A stretch of DNA of 64,000 bases from Candidatus Tectimicrobiota bacterium (GTDB lineage: Bacteria > JACPUC01): assembly GCA_016192455.1 (NCBI GenBank), contig JACPUC010000019.1, positions 62,001-126,000 on the forward strand, in the 5' to 3' direction. Both the position numbers and the translations under genes were made by a program. The notes below the pieces were generated by a model, which saw nothing but the letters and a program-made list of their open reading frames with translations, did no database searches and was not told where the DNA came from. Positions 1 through 9,395 of this stretch are shown here, in pieces (position 1 is the first letter of the stretch; every line of letters starts with the position of its first letter).

Positions 1-8
1 GGCCTGCA

Positions 9-971
9 TCACGCCACCCCCTGCTCTTCGGTGACGAGTTGGATGAAGATCTCCTCCAGGCTCATGCTCAGCGGCCGCATCTCAAGCAAGCCCCACTGCC
101 GGTCATGCACGGTGCGCGCCAGCTCGCGGCGCACGTCCACCTCCCTGGAGCTTGTCACCTGGAAGGCGTGCACCGTCGGCTGAGCGCCGTCGCCGCGCGG
201 CATCTCCTGCGGCGCCACGTCGAGGACGCCGGGCACTCCCCGCAACGCCTGCTGCACCTGCGGCAGCGGTCCGTCCACCTGGAGGTACAGGGCGCGGCCT
301 TTCTGCAGGCGCGCGTGCAGGTTCTCCGGCGTATCGACGGCCACGATCTTGCCGCGATTGATGATCGTCACCCGCTGGCAGATTTGGTTCACCTCCGGCA
401 GGATGTGCGAGCTCAGGATGACGGTGCGGCGACCCGCCATGTTCTTGATCAGCTCGCGAATCTCGACGATCTGCTGCGGGTCGAGGCCGATGGTGGGCTC
501 GTCGAGAATAAGGACCTCCGGGTCGTTCACCAACGCCTGGGCGATGCCCACCCGCTGGCGGTACCCCTTGGAGAGCTTGCCGACGGTGCGCTGCGTCATG
601 TGCGCCAGGCCGCACTCCTCCAGCACTTTGGCCACGCTGCCCTGGCGCTGCCGGCGTGGCACGCCCTTCACCTCCGCGACGAAGTTGAGGTACTCGCTCA
701 CTCGCAGCTCACTGTAGAGGGGCACCCCTTCGGGCAGGTAGCCGATGCGCCGGCGCACCTCGAGGGGTTCGGAAAAGACATCGTAGCCAGCGACCGTGGC
801 GCTCCCCTCCGTGGCGGGAAGGAAGCAGGTGAGGATGCGCATCGTGGTCGTCTTGCCGGCGCCGTTCGGCCCAAGGAAGCCGAGCACCTCTCCGCTCTGC
901 ACCTCGAACGACACCTTCGAGACCGCTTCGATGTTGCCGAACCGCTTGCTTAGGTTCTTTACCTCGATCAA
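9..971 (-). CDS. ABC-2 type transporter ATP-binding protein (GldA-like)
   Basis: Walker A GPNGAGKTT, signature LSKGYRQR, Walker B ILDEP, H-loop SSH; C-terminal SLEEIF motif typical of ABC-2 ATPases. Confidence 0.9.
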   Translation of the reverse strand: MIEVKNLSKRFGNIEAVSKVSFEVQSGEVLGFLGPNGAGKTTTMRILTCFLPATEGSATVAGYDVFSEPLEVRRRIGYLPEGVPLYSELRVSEYLNFVAEVKGVPRRQRQGSVAKVLEECGLAHMTQRTVGKLSKGYRQRVGIAQALVNDPEVLILDEPTIGLDPQQIVEIRELIKNMAGRRTVILSSHILPEVNQICQRVTIINRGKIVAVDTPENLHARLQKGRALYLQVDGPLPQVQQALRGVPGVLDVAPQEMPRGDGAQPTVHAFQVTSSREVDVRRELARTVHDRQWGLLEMRPLSMSLEEIFIQLVTEEQGVA

Positions 972-1422
972 GGATGAGACTCCTCGGGCTCCCCTGTCGG
1001 GGAGGAAACGAGGTCTGGCGCAAGCTCTTCCCCCGCGGCTTCACGCAGCGCCGCCGGGGAACCATGCCGACGTGCACGACCTTTCCATGGCGGAGTGCCA
1101 CGCGCCGACATCTGACGGGCACCGTCCCTCAGGGATGCTTCCTGATCGTGGCCTTTCATGGTACGAGACCCCGGCTCGGAACACAAGGCCACCTCAGGCC
1201 TCTCCGGCCACGCTCCGTCCATGAACAGCCTCAGAAGCAGCAGGGCGCGCGCCGCGGGGGCACCCCTACTCGGGCTTCGCGGCGCGGCGACGGCGGAGCC
1301 GCGATCGTTCCCCTCCACTCCGGACCGGAGCCAGCGGGCTCCGCGGGGCCGGCGCGCCCTCCTCACCACGCGCGTCCCGAAGCAACATCGCTGCTCCGGG
1401 ACGCACCGCTCATCCCACGGCT

Positions 1423-3057
1423 TTAGTGCATATGCCCATGATGGCCATGGCCGCCCTTCTTCTCCTCCTCTTCCTCCTCGGGCTTGTCGGTGATGAGCGC
1501 CTCGGTCGTCAGCATCACCCCGGCGATGCTCGCCGCGTTCTGCAACGCCGTTCGCACCACTTTCGTCGGATCGATGATGCCCCAGTCCATCAAGTCGCCG
1601 AACCGATCCAGTTGCGCGTCGTAGCCGTAGGAGGCGGAGGCATTCGCCTGCACCTGCTGCAGCACAATGCTCCCCTCCTTGCCGGCGTTGTTGGCAATCT
1701 GCTTCAGCGGCTCGGCGAGGGCCTGGCGGACAATGGCGAGGCCAAGCTGCTGGTCACCTTGCAGCTTCTCCTGGGCCATGGCGGCGGCCGCCCGCACGAG
1801 CGCCACGCCGCCGCCGGGCACGATGCCCTCCTCAACGGCGGCGCGGGTGGCATGCAGCGCATCTTCCACCCTGGCTTTCTTCTCTTTCATCTCCGCCTCG
1901 GTCGCCGCGCCTACCTTGATCACGGCAACCCCGCCCACGATCTTGGCAAGTCGCTCCTGCAACTTCTCGCGGTCATAGTCCGAGGTCGTCTCCTCGATCT
2001 GCGCGCGGACCTGCTTGACGCGGCCCTCGATGTCCTTCTGCGATCCAGCCCCCTCGATGATCGTGGTATTGTCCTTGTCGATCTGGATACGCTTGCACCG
2101 CCCAAGGTCGTCCAGGGTGATGTTCTCGAGCTTGATGCCGAGGTCTTCCGAAAGGACGCGACCTTTCGTCAGGATGGCGATATCCTCAAGCATCGCCTTG
2201 CGCCGGTCGCCATACCCTGGCGCCTTCACGGCGACGCAACTGAGGGTGCCGCGGAGCTTGTTCACCACCAGCGTCGCCAGCGCCTCCCCCTCGACATCCT
2301 CGGCCACGATGAGCAGCGGCCGAGCGCTCCTGGCGATCTGCTCGAGCAAGGGGAGGAGATCGCGCATGGAGCTGATCTTCTTCTCATGCAGGAGGATGTA
2401 GGCGTTCTCCAGCGTCACCTCCATGCGCTGCGGGTCGGTAACGAAGTAGGGCGACAGGTAACCGCGGTCGAACTGCATCCCCTCGACCACTTCCAGCTCG
2501 GTGTGCAGGGTCTTGCCCTCCTCCACCGTGATGACGCCGTCCTTCCCCACCTTCTCCATCGCCTCGGCGATCAAATCGCCAATGGTTTGATCGTTGTTGG
2601 CGGAGATGGTTCCTACCTGGGCGATTTGGGTCTTGGACTGGGTCCCCTTGCTGAGCTTTTTGAGCTGCGCAATCGCCAGCTCCACTCCCCGCTCGATGCC
2701 GCGCTTGATCTCCATGGGGTTGTGACCGGCGGCGACACCCTTGATCCCCTCCCGGTAGATGGTGTGCGCCAGGACGGTGGCGGTGGTGGTGCCGTCGCCG
2801 GCGACATCGCTGGTCTTGCTGGCAACCTCGCGCACCATGCGGGCGCCCATGTTCTCGAACGGATCGACAAGCTCGATCTCCTTGGCCACGGTCACCCCGT
2901 CCTTCGTCGACGCCGGGCCGCCGAACTTCTTCTCGATCACCACGTTACGTCCCCGCGGCCCCAGGGTTACGGTAACGGCCTTCGCCAGCGTCTCTACACC
3001 CTTGAGAATTTTGTGTCGCGCATCGTCGCGATACAGGAGCTGCTTTGCAGGCATCAT
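1423..3057 (-). CDS. groL: Chaperonin GroEL with acidic/His-rich C-terminal tail
   Basis: AKQLLY N-terminus, [27 protein letters not shown]; tail [18 protein letters not shown] replaces the usual GGM repeats. Confidence 0.98.
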   Translation of the reverse strand: MMPAKQLLYRDDARHKILKGVETLAKAVTVTLGPRGRNVVIEKKFGGPASTKDGVTVAKEIELVDPFENMGARMVREVASKTSDVAGDGTTTATVLAHTIYREGIKGVAAGHNPMEIKRGIERGVELAIAQLKKLSKGTQSKTQIAQVGTISANNDQTIGDLIAEAMEKVGKDGVITVEEGKTLHTELEVVEGMQFDRGYLSPYFVTDPQRMEVTLENAYILLHEKKISSMRDLLPLLEQIARSARPLLIVAEDVEGEALATLVVNKLRGTLSCVAVKAPGYGDRRKAMLEDIAILTKGRVLSEDLGIKLENITLDDLGRCKRIQIDKDNTTIIEGAGSQKDIEGRVKQVRAQIEETTSDYDREKLQERLAKIVGGVAVIKVGAATEAEMKEKKARVEDALHATRAAVEEGIVPGGGVALVRAAAAMAQEKLQGDQQLGLAIVRQALAEPLKQIANNAGKEGSIVLQQVQANASASYGYDAQLDRFGDLMDWGIIDPTKVVRTALQNAASIAGVMLTTEALITDKPEEEEEEKKGGHGHHGHMH

Positions 3058-3089
3058 CGTACCTTTCTTGTTGGCCCTCCGGGCAGGCG

Positions 3090-3383
3090 TTAGACGTTCG
3101 CGACGATGCCCAGGACATCGTCCTCCCGCATGATCAGGTACTCCTCACCATCGAGACGCACCTCAGTCCCCGCATACTTCCCGAACAGCACCCGGTCGCC
3201 GGCCTTCAGCTCGAGTGCCCTGACGGTTCCATTCTCGAGGATGCGTCCGTCGCCCACCGCGATCACATGCCCCTCTTGGGGCCGTTCCTTCGCCGTATCC
3301 GGGATGATGATGTCCCCGTGGCGCACCTCTTCTTCTTCAACACGCTGCACCAAAACGCGATCATGCAACGGTTTCACGTTCAT
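3090..3383 (-). CDS. groS: Co-chaperonin GroES
   Basis: [12 protein letters not shown]...[14 protein letters not shown]...[11 protein letters not shown]; start moved to ATG 3383, which has an AGGAAAGGAG RBS. Confidence 0.97.
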   Translation of the reverse strand: MNVKPLHDRVLVQRVEEEEVRHGDIIIPDTAKERPQEGHVIAVGDGRILENGTVRALELKAGDRVLFGKYAGTEVRLDGEEYLIMREDDVLGIVANV

Positions 3384-3444
3384 TGACAACTCCTTTCCTG
3401 AGCCTAGCAAGGGGTAGGGGAAGGCGATCCTCTCCTCTCTCAGG

Positions 3445-3459
3445 GCAAAGGTGACGCCA
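3445..3459 (-). promoter_or_regulatory. Candidate sigma-54 (-24/-12) promoter of groESL
   Basis: Minus strand reads TGGCGTCACCTTTGC (GG-N10-GC), about 60 nt upstream of the groES start. Confidence 0.4.
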
Positions 3460-3659
3460 TGCCGCCAGACTTGCCGAGGCGCCGAAAGAAAGCATCGCAA
3501 CCCCTTGTGTTTCAAGGTCTTTCGAACAGACTTCCGGACGTAACCCAGCGCCGCGTCTTGCCACTTTGACAAAGACGCCGAGGAGGCAAGACGCTCTTCT
3601 CATCTTGGCAAATACCTTCCCCTCGCACCCCTCTCTGCAGTCACAGCCGGGGGCCTGAC

Positions 3660-3932
3660 CTAGTATCGTGTCCCCTACGTTCCATCACCTAATCCTGAGA
3701 GGGGACCTTCTCCCCAACCGCGCCCGCGGGGACTGATCGTAGGGGCGGGGCTTGCCCCGCCCGCAACCTCAGTCTGGGAAGGAACCGTGTCTCCTCGCGC
3801 GCCCCGGCTTGGAGGGGCGGTTCGCGAACCGCCCCTGGGCGTGTGGGAGAGCATGGGTTCCTCACAAGCCCCTTGCCAATGCAGCGAACAGCGCCGCAAC
3901 GATGTGAGCGAACTTCTGAGACGCAACACTAG
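3660..3932. mobile_element. MITE-like repeat, copy 1 (CTAG ends, imperfect TIRs, internal REP-like palindromes)
   Basis: CTAGTATCGTGTCCC...GAGACGCAACACTAG; colinear homology with 36680..36881; contains GTAGGGGCGGGGCTTGCCCCGCCC (3739-3762) and GGAGGGGCGGTTCGCGAACCGCCCCT (3811-3836). Confidence 0.7.
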
Positions 3933-4073
3933 CTTCTCCCGCCGGCTCGCGCCTAGATCGCTCGGGCCTGTTGAGGGACCAGCAGAGACCGGCGCAACCG
4001 TGAGACGGGTGCGGCAAACACCCACCCCTTTACCGTCCGCCCAGCCAAGGGGGAGGCGCAGGGAGCATCACGC

Positions 4074-4676
4074 TCAGGACGCGGTAACGCCCAAGAGAGC
4101 TGCGAAAGGTGTAATTGCCGTGAGGAACTGCGCCAGCATCGCCGCCGTCGCTCCCCAGATGACCTCACCTTGGTAGTCGTAGAAGAGAAGCTCACGTCGG
4201 CTGCCATCCGGCAAGAGACGGTACTCAACGCGCAGGTTACGCCGCTGCATCACGTGCGGCAAGGGAACCTCGATCAGGTAGGCAACTTCGCGCTGGGAAA
4301 TCTTGAAGTCATAGGGATACGGGATGATCCCCACCAGGGGAGTGACGAGGAAGTTCGTCACGGTGAAGTAATCATCCAGCTTGCCGACGATATCGATGGC
4401 GTTCGGCTCAACGCCCATCTCTTCGAAGGTTTCGCGCCGCACCGTATCCTCGATGCAGCGGTCGCCGTCATCAATCAGCCCGCCAGGGAAGGAAATCTGG
4501 TGCTTGTGATGCGCCACGCCTCCGGAACGGCGCGCTAGGAGGAGATGAATCTCCCCCTCCTTCTGATACAGCGGCACCAGCACACCGGCACGGCGCCGCG
4601 TCTCCCCTTGGGGAGCCAACTCCATGCGGGGACGATTCTCGAGAATTGTCCGGATGTGGCGGGCGACCTGTTGCAT
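4074..4676 (-). CDS. Nudix hydrolase, CoA pyrophosphatase (NudL/NUDT7-like)
   Basis: AGVLVPL, HKHQISFPGG, Nudix box RETFEEMG, IWGATA motif; start set at ATG 4676. Confidence 0.9.
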   Translation of the reverse strand: MQQVARHIRTILENRPRMELAPQGETRRRAGVLVPLYQKEGEIHLLLARRSGGVAHHKHQISFPGGLIDDGDRCIEDTVRRETFEEMGVEPNAIDIVGKLDDYFTVTNFLVTPLVGIIPYPYDFKISQREVAYLIEVPLPHVMQRRNLRVEYRLLPDGSRRELLFYDYQGEVIWGATAAMLAQFLTAITPFAALLGVTAS

Positions 4677-4758
4677 CACACAGCACCTGGATTGTGGAAA
4701 GGGAAGGCGCCAGGCAAGGAGCCCTGCGCCGCATTGCTCCGCAACGACTGCGTGAGGT

Positions 4759-4787
4759 AATGTAAACACAATGGCGGGGTGCGTCAA
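4759..4787 (-). promoter_or_regulatory. Sigma-70-type promoter of the Nudix gene
   Basis: Minus strand TTGACG-N17-TACATT. Confidence 0.6.
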
Positions 4788-5385
4788 TGCGCAAGGCGGA
4801 ACATCGTGCCCGCGGCCCTCGCGCGGCGTGGGTCGCGAGGCCAGCCATGGATCGCGGCAGGCCGGCGGCCGCGTGGCGATCATCACCCCCTCGGGTGGCC
4901 TGGGGGTGGAGCTGACCGACCTCTATGAAGCCGCCGGCCTGCAGGTGCCGATGCTCTCGCCCGCGCTGCAAGCTGAGATCGCCGCCGTCCTTCCCCCCTT
5001 CGGATCGCCTGCCAACCCCATCGACGTCACCCCCGTCTGGGCGCAGTTTGCCGCCCTCTACCGGCGCATCATCGAGCTGCTCTGCCGCAGCGATGAGGTG
5101 GACATCATCGTGCCGTGCATCGTCCTGAGCGCCACGCGCATGCCCGAGCTGATCGAGGCCGTGCGCGACACCGTGCTGCGCTGCCAGCGTGAGGAAGGCC
5201 GCTCCAAGCCAGTGGTCATCGCCTGGGGCTCGCTGCGGGAGTACCAGCACCATCAGGCCATCCTGGAGGAGGCGGAAATTCCCTGCTATCCCTGGAGCCA
5301 GGCCACAGCCGCCGCCATCGCCGGCATGGTGCGGTACGCGCGGGCGCGCCGACGCGCCTTGCTCCAAGCCGCTTCGCCGGCGTGA
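4771..5385 (+). CDS. Stand-alone or truncated acyl-CoA synthetase (NDP-forming) flavodoxin-like domain
   Basis: RVAIITPSGGLGVELTD...NPIDVT matches the second half of AcdA-type CoA ligases; no CoA-binding or ATP-grasp domain; true start uncertain. Confidence 0.6.
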   Translation: MAGCVNAQGGTSCPRPSRGVGREASHGSRQAGGRVAIITPSGGLGVELTDLYEAAGLQVPMLSPALQAEIAAVLPPFGSPANPIDVTPVWAQFAALYRRIIELLCRSDEVDIIVPCIVLSATRMPELIEAVRDTVLRCQREEGRSKPVVIAWGSLREYQHHQAILEEAEIPCYPWSQATAAAIAGMVRYARARRRALLQAASPA

Positions 5386-5436
5386 TTCCCGTCGCCCAGC
5401 CGATCTCCCGCGCCTGGGGGCTGGGGGAGAGAAGCC

Positions 5437-5465
5437 TTGCCGAACGGGTCACCGTCCACTATACT
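5437..5465 (+). promoter_or_regulatory. Sigma-70-type promoter of the leader ORF/metal-uptake operon
   Basis: TTGCCG-N17-TATACT. Confidence 0.6.
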
Positions 5466-5511
5466 TGCGGCATTCCTTGCGGCGTAAGGACATCAACGGG
5501 ACTCAGCGGCG

Positions 5512-5817
5512 ATGCACCTCATTCACCCGCGCCTCTGGTCGGCAGCGCTTGCACTCCTCCTCACCCTGTCGCTGGGTGTGTTGGGACCGCTCGCCTCCGG
5601 ACATCTCCACGCCGCACCGGCGCCGAGTCTCTATAGCGTGCAGTGCCCCATCTACGCCTCCACGCGAGTCCCCCCGACAGCGCGTCACTCGCAGCCGCCG
5701 GCCGTCGTCTTGCCTGCCATCACCGCGCACGAGCCGGCTCTCCGACATACCCCTCCCAGCCCGTCGCCATCGCACCGCCTGTCGCAGCGCGCCCCTCCCG
5801 CGTTTTCGAGCATCTGA
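5512..5817 (+). CDS. DUF2946/CruR-like upstream leader peptide with C-terminal RAPP motif
   Basis: N-terminal hydrophobic signal/TM segment, GHLH and QCPIY, Pro/Ser/His-rich linker, ends SQRAPPAFSSI; first ORF after a promoter, ahead of metal-uptake genes. Confidence 0.7.
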   Translation: MHLIHPRLWSAALALLLTLSLGVLGPLASGHLHAAPAPSLYSVQCPIYASTRVPPTARHSQPPAVVLPAITAHEPALRHTPPSPSPSHRLSQRAPPAFSSI

Positions 5818-5952
5818 AGGCGAGCGTCCACCGCCATGCCCGAGCCCGCCTTTGCCTTGTCATGCAAGGCGCCTGCTCGGCGGCGGCAGGGCGCGCTATG
5901 CTCCGACGCGCGGGCGCCGGCGCGGCGCCATTCCGGGAGAGGAGCGCAACGG

Positions 5953-7218
5953 ATGCGTCAAGGGTCATTGCTTGCCATTCTCCTCTTGCTCACTAGCCTG
6001 TGGAGCGTCGCCTCGAGAGCTAACGCCCAGAGCGCCATGCAGGCAGATATCGAGGCGCTCAAGCGGCTCGTAGGAGAGCTGCAGAGCAAGGTTGAGGCGC
6101 AGCAACGGAAGATTGAAGCGCTGGAGGCGAAGCAAGAGGCCGCGGCGATTGAAACGGAGTTGAAGCCCACACCCCCGCCGCCCCCCTCAGCGCCCGCGAC
6201 GTTGGCCCCAGGAAGGCGGCAGCCGGCAGCCGCGGGCGGCCTCCTGGCGAGAATCCCCCAGATCGGCGTGGTGGGTGACATTGTTTATACCGGCACGGAA
6301 CGCTCCGAGGACGCGGACGGCAACGACCGCTTCCGCTTCCGCGAGCTCGAGGTGGTGCTGGGCGATTTCGTCGATCCCTACACGAGGTTCGATGCCGCCG
6401 TGGTCTGGTCCGACGGGGAAGAGGTGGAGATCGAGGAAGCCTTCGTGACGCACTTTGGGCTGCCCTATGGCTTGGGAATGCGCCTGGGCAAGTTCCGGCC
6501 GCGCATCGGACGCATCAACCTGAAAGACCTCAACGCCCTCCCCTTCGTGAACGAGCCGCTGGTGATCAGTGAGTACTTTGGCGAGGAAGGCTTCGCCGCC
6601 ACCGGGCTAGAGCTCAGCCGCTTCATCCCAAACCCCTGGGACCTCTTCATGGAGGGGAGCGTCGCCTTCGTCGACGGCGGCAACGATGTGAGCTTCGGCG
6701 GCAACAGCCGACGGCCCATCCTTGTCGGTCATCTGCGCAGCTTCTTCGATTTCTCCGACCGCCTCGGGTTGCAGCTTGCGTTGACCGGCATGCTGGGCAG
6801 CACGGATGTGGACCGCACGATGGAAGCCTTCATCGGCGGAGCCAGCATGTCCTGGCACTACCAGCCGCGGGAGTTCTTGCGCCTCACCTGGCTGACCGAG
6901 GCGTACGGTCAAGACCGGCGCCAGGAAGCCCCGGGGATCGAAGCCAATCCGCTGGGATTCTTCAGCAACCTCGACCTGCGCTTCCACCCGCGCTGGTCCG
7001 TCGGGGCGCGCTACGATCTCGTCGAGCCGCTGGGGCTTGCCCGGCGTGATGGTGACCGGGACCAGGCCATCGCCGGCTACCTCACGTTCCACCAGAGCGA
7101 GTTTGCGCTCTTCCGCTTGCAGCTCCAGCACACCGAGTTCGCCTCCGGCAGAGAGGATGATGCGATCTTCCTGCAAACGCGGGTGCAGATCGGCGTGGAC
7201 CGGCATGCGTTGCAGTAG
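5953..7218 (+). CDS. Outer-membrane beta-barrel porin associated with metal ABC uptake
   Basis: Signal peptide, N-terminal coiled coil, amphipathic beta strands (FRFRELEVVLGDFVDPY, SEFALFRLQ); RBS GGGAGAGGAG before ATG 5953. Confidence 0.75.
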   Translation: MRQGSLLAILLLLTSLWSVASRANAQSAMQADIEALKRLVGELQSKVEAQQRKIEALEAKQEAAAIETELKPTPPPPPSAPATLAPGRRQPAAAGGLLARIPQIGVVGDIVYTGTERSEDADGNDRFRFRELEVVLGDFVDPYTRFDAAVVWSDGEEVEIEEAFVTHFGLPYGLGMRLGKFRPRIGRINLKDLNALPFVNEPLVISEYFGEEGFAATGLELSRFIPNPWDLFMEGSVAFVDGGNDVSFGGNSRRPILVGHLRSFFDFSDRLGLQLALTGMLGSTDVDRTMEAFIGGASMSWHYQPREFLRLTWLTEAYGQDRRQEAPGIEANPLGFFSNLDLRFHPRWSVGARYDLVEPLGLARRDGDRDQAIAGYLTFHQSEFALFRLQLQHTEFASGREDDAIFLQTRVQIGVDRHALQ

Positions 7219-7300
7219 CCCGCGGGGGGACGCCATCGGCCTCCCGCCCGCCAGAGACGGAACAGAGTTCGGCGTCGGGCAGAGGGGTGAGGACAAGGGC

Positions 7301-8251
7301 ATGACAACTCGTCAACAGTGGCGCTTGCGCGCGGCTTGCCTGCTGTGGCTCGGCATCATCGCGGGACTGGCCCTGCTGCCGGCCGCGGCAAGCGCCAAGA
7401 CGCTGCGCGTCGTAGCAACGCACGCCATGTTCGGCGCCCTGGCACGCGAGCTGGGCGAAAACGCCGTCGAGGTTCACGTCATCGTCCCGCCCCAGCGTGA
7501 CATCCACTTCCTGGAACCGCGGCCCAGCGATGTCCTGAAGCTGGCGCGGGCACAGCTCTTCATCCACTCGGGCCTGGACCTGGAGCTCTGGCGCGGCCCC
7601 CTTGTCGAAGCCGCCCGCAACCGCCTCGTCTTCCCCGGCGCCGCCGGCGACTTCGATGCGGCCGTCGGTGTGCCGCTCCTGGATCCCCCAAGCCGCGACG
7701 CCTCGCGCGCGGAAGGGGATGTCCACATCTTCGGCAACCCCCACTACTGGCTCGACCCGGAGAACCTCCGCATCGTCGCCCGCCGCCTGGCGGAAAAACT
7801 GGCCACGCTGTTGCCGGAACGCGCCGCCCAGATCACCGCCACGGCGCAGCGCTTCGATGCGGCGCTGCGGGAGCGCATCGGCGCGTGGCGGGCGCGCTTC
7901 GCCCCTTACGCCGGCCAGGAGATCGTCGCCTACCACAACAGTTGGCCCTATTTGGCGCAGTTCCTGGGGGTGCGCATCACGCTCTTCTTGGAGCCAAAGC
8001 CGGGCATCCCCCCCTCCGGGAAGCACCTCGCCACCATCGTCGGTCTCATGCGCTCGCGCAACCTGAGGGTCATCATCAATGAGCCCCCCTACCCGACGCA
8101 GCCGGCGGAGGTGGTGGCGCAGCGGGTCGGCGGCAGGGTCGTGCTGCTGGCGCAAGTCCCGGGAGCTCTCCCCCAGACCGACACGCCAGTGAGCTTCTTC
8201 GAGGTCCTCGTGGGGCGCCTGGCAACAGCTCTCGGTCAGGGACGAGGCTGA
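7301..8251 (+). CDS. Metal (Zn/Mn) ABC transporter substrate-binding protein, ZnuA/TroA family
   Basis: Signal peptide; DIHFLEPRPSD, GDVHIFGNPHYWLDP, YHNSW, EPKPGIPPS motifs. Confidence 0.9.
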   Translation: MTTRQQWRLRAACLLWLGIIAGLALLPAAASAKTLRVVATHAMFGALARELGENAVEVHVIVPPQRDIHFLEPRPSDVLKLARAQLFIHSGLDLELWRGPLVEAARNRLVFPGAAGDFDAAVGVPLLDPPSRDASRAEGDVHIFGNPHYWLDPENLRIVARRLAEKLATLLPERAAQITATAQRFDAALRERIGAWRARFAPYAGQEIVAYHNSWPYLAQFLGVRITLFLEPKPGIPPSGKHLATIVGLMRSRNLRVIINEPPYPTQPAEVVAQRVGGRVVLLAQVPGALPQTDTPVSFFEVLVGRLATALGQGRG

Positions 8252-8265
8252 GGAGCGTAGGAGGC

Positions 8266-8625
8266 ATGGGATACCTTCGGCGCCTCGGCATGGTCCTCAT
8301 CACGGTTGCCGCGCTCGCCGGCGCCGGCTGCGCGGGGGACGGCGCTCCGCCGGCATCTCCCCAAGCGCAGCCCGAGCGCGCCACACCCCCGGCGGCCCCG
8401 CGGTGGTACGGCGTGGTCCGCCTCGGCATGAGCAAGGACGAGGTGCTGCGCGTGGTCGGGCGCCCCTTCCACGTGCGGGCCGATCCTGGCGAGGTTGAGG
8501 AGGTGTGGACCTACCAGCGGATTCGTATCTTCCGCACCATTCTGCCCAGCGGTAGTGAGCGAGAGTCGCGGGTGCGGCTCTACTTCCAGAATGACCGCCT
8601 GGTGCGGGTGGACCAGGTGCCGTAA
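8266..8625 (+). CDS. Lipoprotein with SmpA/OmlA (BamE-like) domain
   Basis: Lipobox-like AGAGC; VRLGMSKDEVLRVVGRP...EVWTY...LYFQNDRLV; RBS GGAGG. Confidence 0.7.
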   Translation: MGYLRRLGMVLITVAALAGAGCAGDGAPPASPQAQPERATPPAAPRWYGVVRLGMSKDEVLRVVGRPFHVRADPGEVEEVWTYQRIRIFRTILPSGSERESRVRLYFQNDRLVRVDQVP

Positions 8626-8639
8626 GGGAGGGCGCCGCA

Positions 8640-9374
8640 GTGACGCGGACGCCGCTGATCAGCTTGACGGAGGTGTCGCTCGGCTACAACGGGCAGCCGC
8701 TCCTGCGCGAGATCAGCTTCAGCGTGCTGGTTGGGGAGTTCCTCGCCATCCTGGGGCCGAACGGCGCCGGCAAGACGACGCTGGTGCGCGCCCTGTTGGG
8801 CCAGCTCCGCCCTCTCGGGGGCCGCCTCGAGCGCGCCGCGGTGCAGGGCGAACGCTTGCGGACCGGCTACGTCGCCCAGAGCGCCAGCCTCGACCCGATC
8901 TTCCCGTTCAGCGTCGCCGACATCGTGCTGCAGGGACGCCTGGGGCGCCGCCACGGCCTGCAACGGCTCAGCGCCACCGACCGCGACGAAGCGGCGCGCT
9001 GCCTCGACGAGGTGGGGCTCTCCCACCTCGCCACGATGCCGTTCCGCGACCTCTCCGGCGGCCAAAAACAGCGGCTGCTCATCGCCCGCGCCCTGGCGAC
9101 CCAGCCGCATCTCCTGCTCCTCGACGAACCGACGCGCGGCCTCGACCTCGCCTCGCGTCACGCTATCCTGGACCTCATCGCGACGCTGCACCGCAGGCGA
9201 GGCCTGACGATCGTGCTCATCACCCACGTGCTCGCCGAAGCAACACGGCTCGCCGAACGCGTCGCCCTGGTGCATCACGGCCGCGTCACCTCCGGCGCCA
9301 CCGCCGAGCTCCTGCAGCCTGATCGCCTGGGTCGCCTCTACGACATGGACGTGGAACTTCTCGAGGAGAGCTGA
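8640..9374 (+). CDS. Metal ABC transporter ATP-binding protein (ZnuC-like)
   Basis: GPNGAGKTT, LSGGQKQR, LLLDEPT; operon context. Confidence 0.9.
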   Translation: MTRTPLISLTEVSLGYNGQPLLREISFSVLVGEFLAILGPNGAGKTTLVRALLGQLRPLGGRLERAAVQGERLRTGYVAQSASLDPIFPFSVADIVLQGRLGRRHGLQRLSATDRDEAARCLDEVGLSHLATMPFRDLSGGQKQRLLIARALATQPHLLLLDEPTRGLDLASRHAILDLIATLHRRRGLTIVLITHVLAEATRLAERVALVHHGRVTSGATAELLQPDRLGRLYDMDVELLEES

Positions 9375-9395
9375 TCCCCAAGGAGCGCTGAGGAC

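Noticed and set aside
1426-3093. 555-aa plus-strand ORF and other long antisense ORFs (e.g. 14392..15795, 26617..28650, 28662..30581, 45721..47583, 58693..60180)
   Set aside because: Shadow frames opposite well-supported genes, expected in high-GC DNA; no recognisable motifs.
3384-3660. CIRCE element upstream of groES
   Set aside because: No TTAGCACTC-N9-GAGTGCTAA match seen on either strand.
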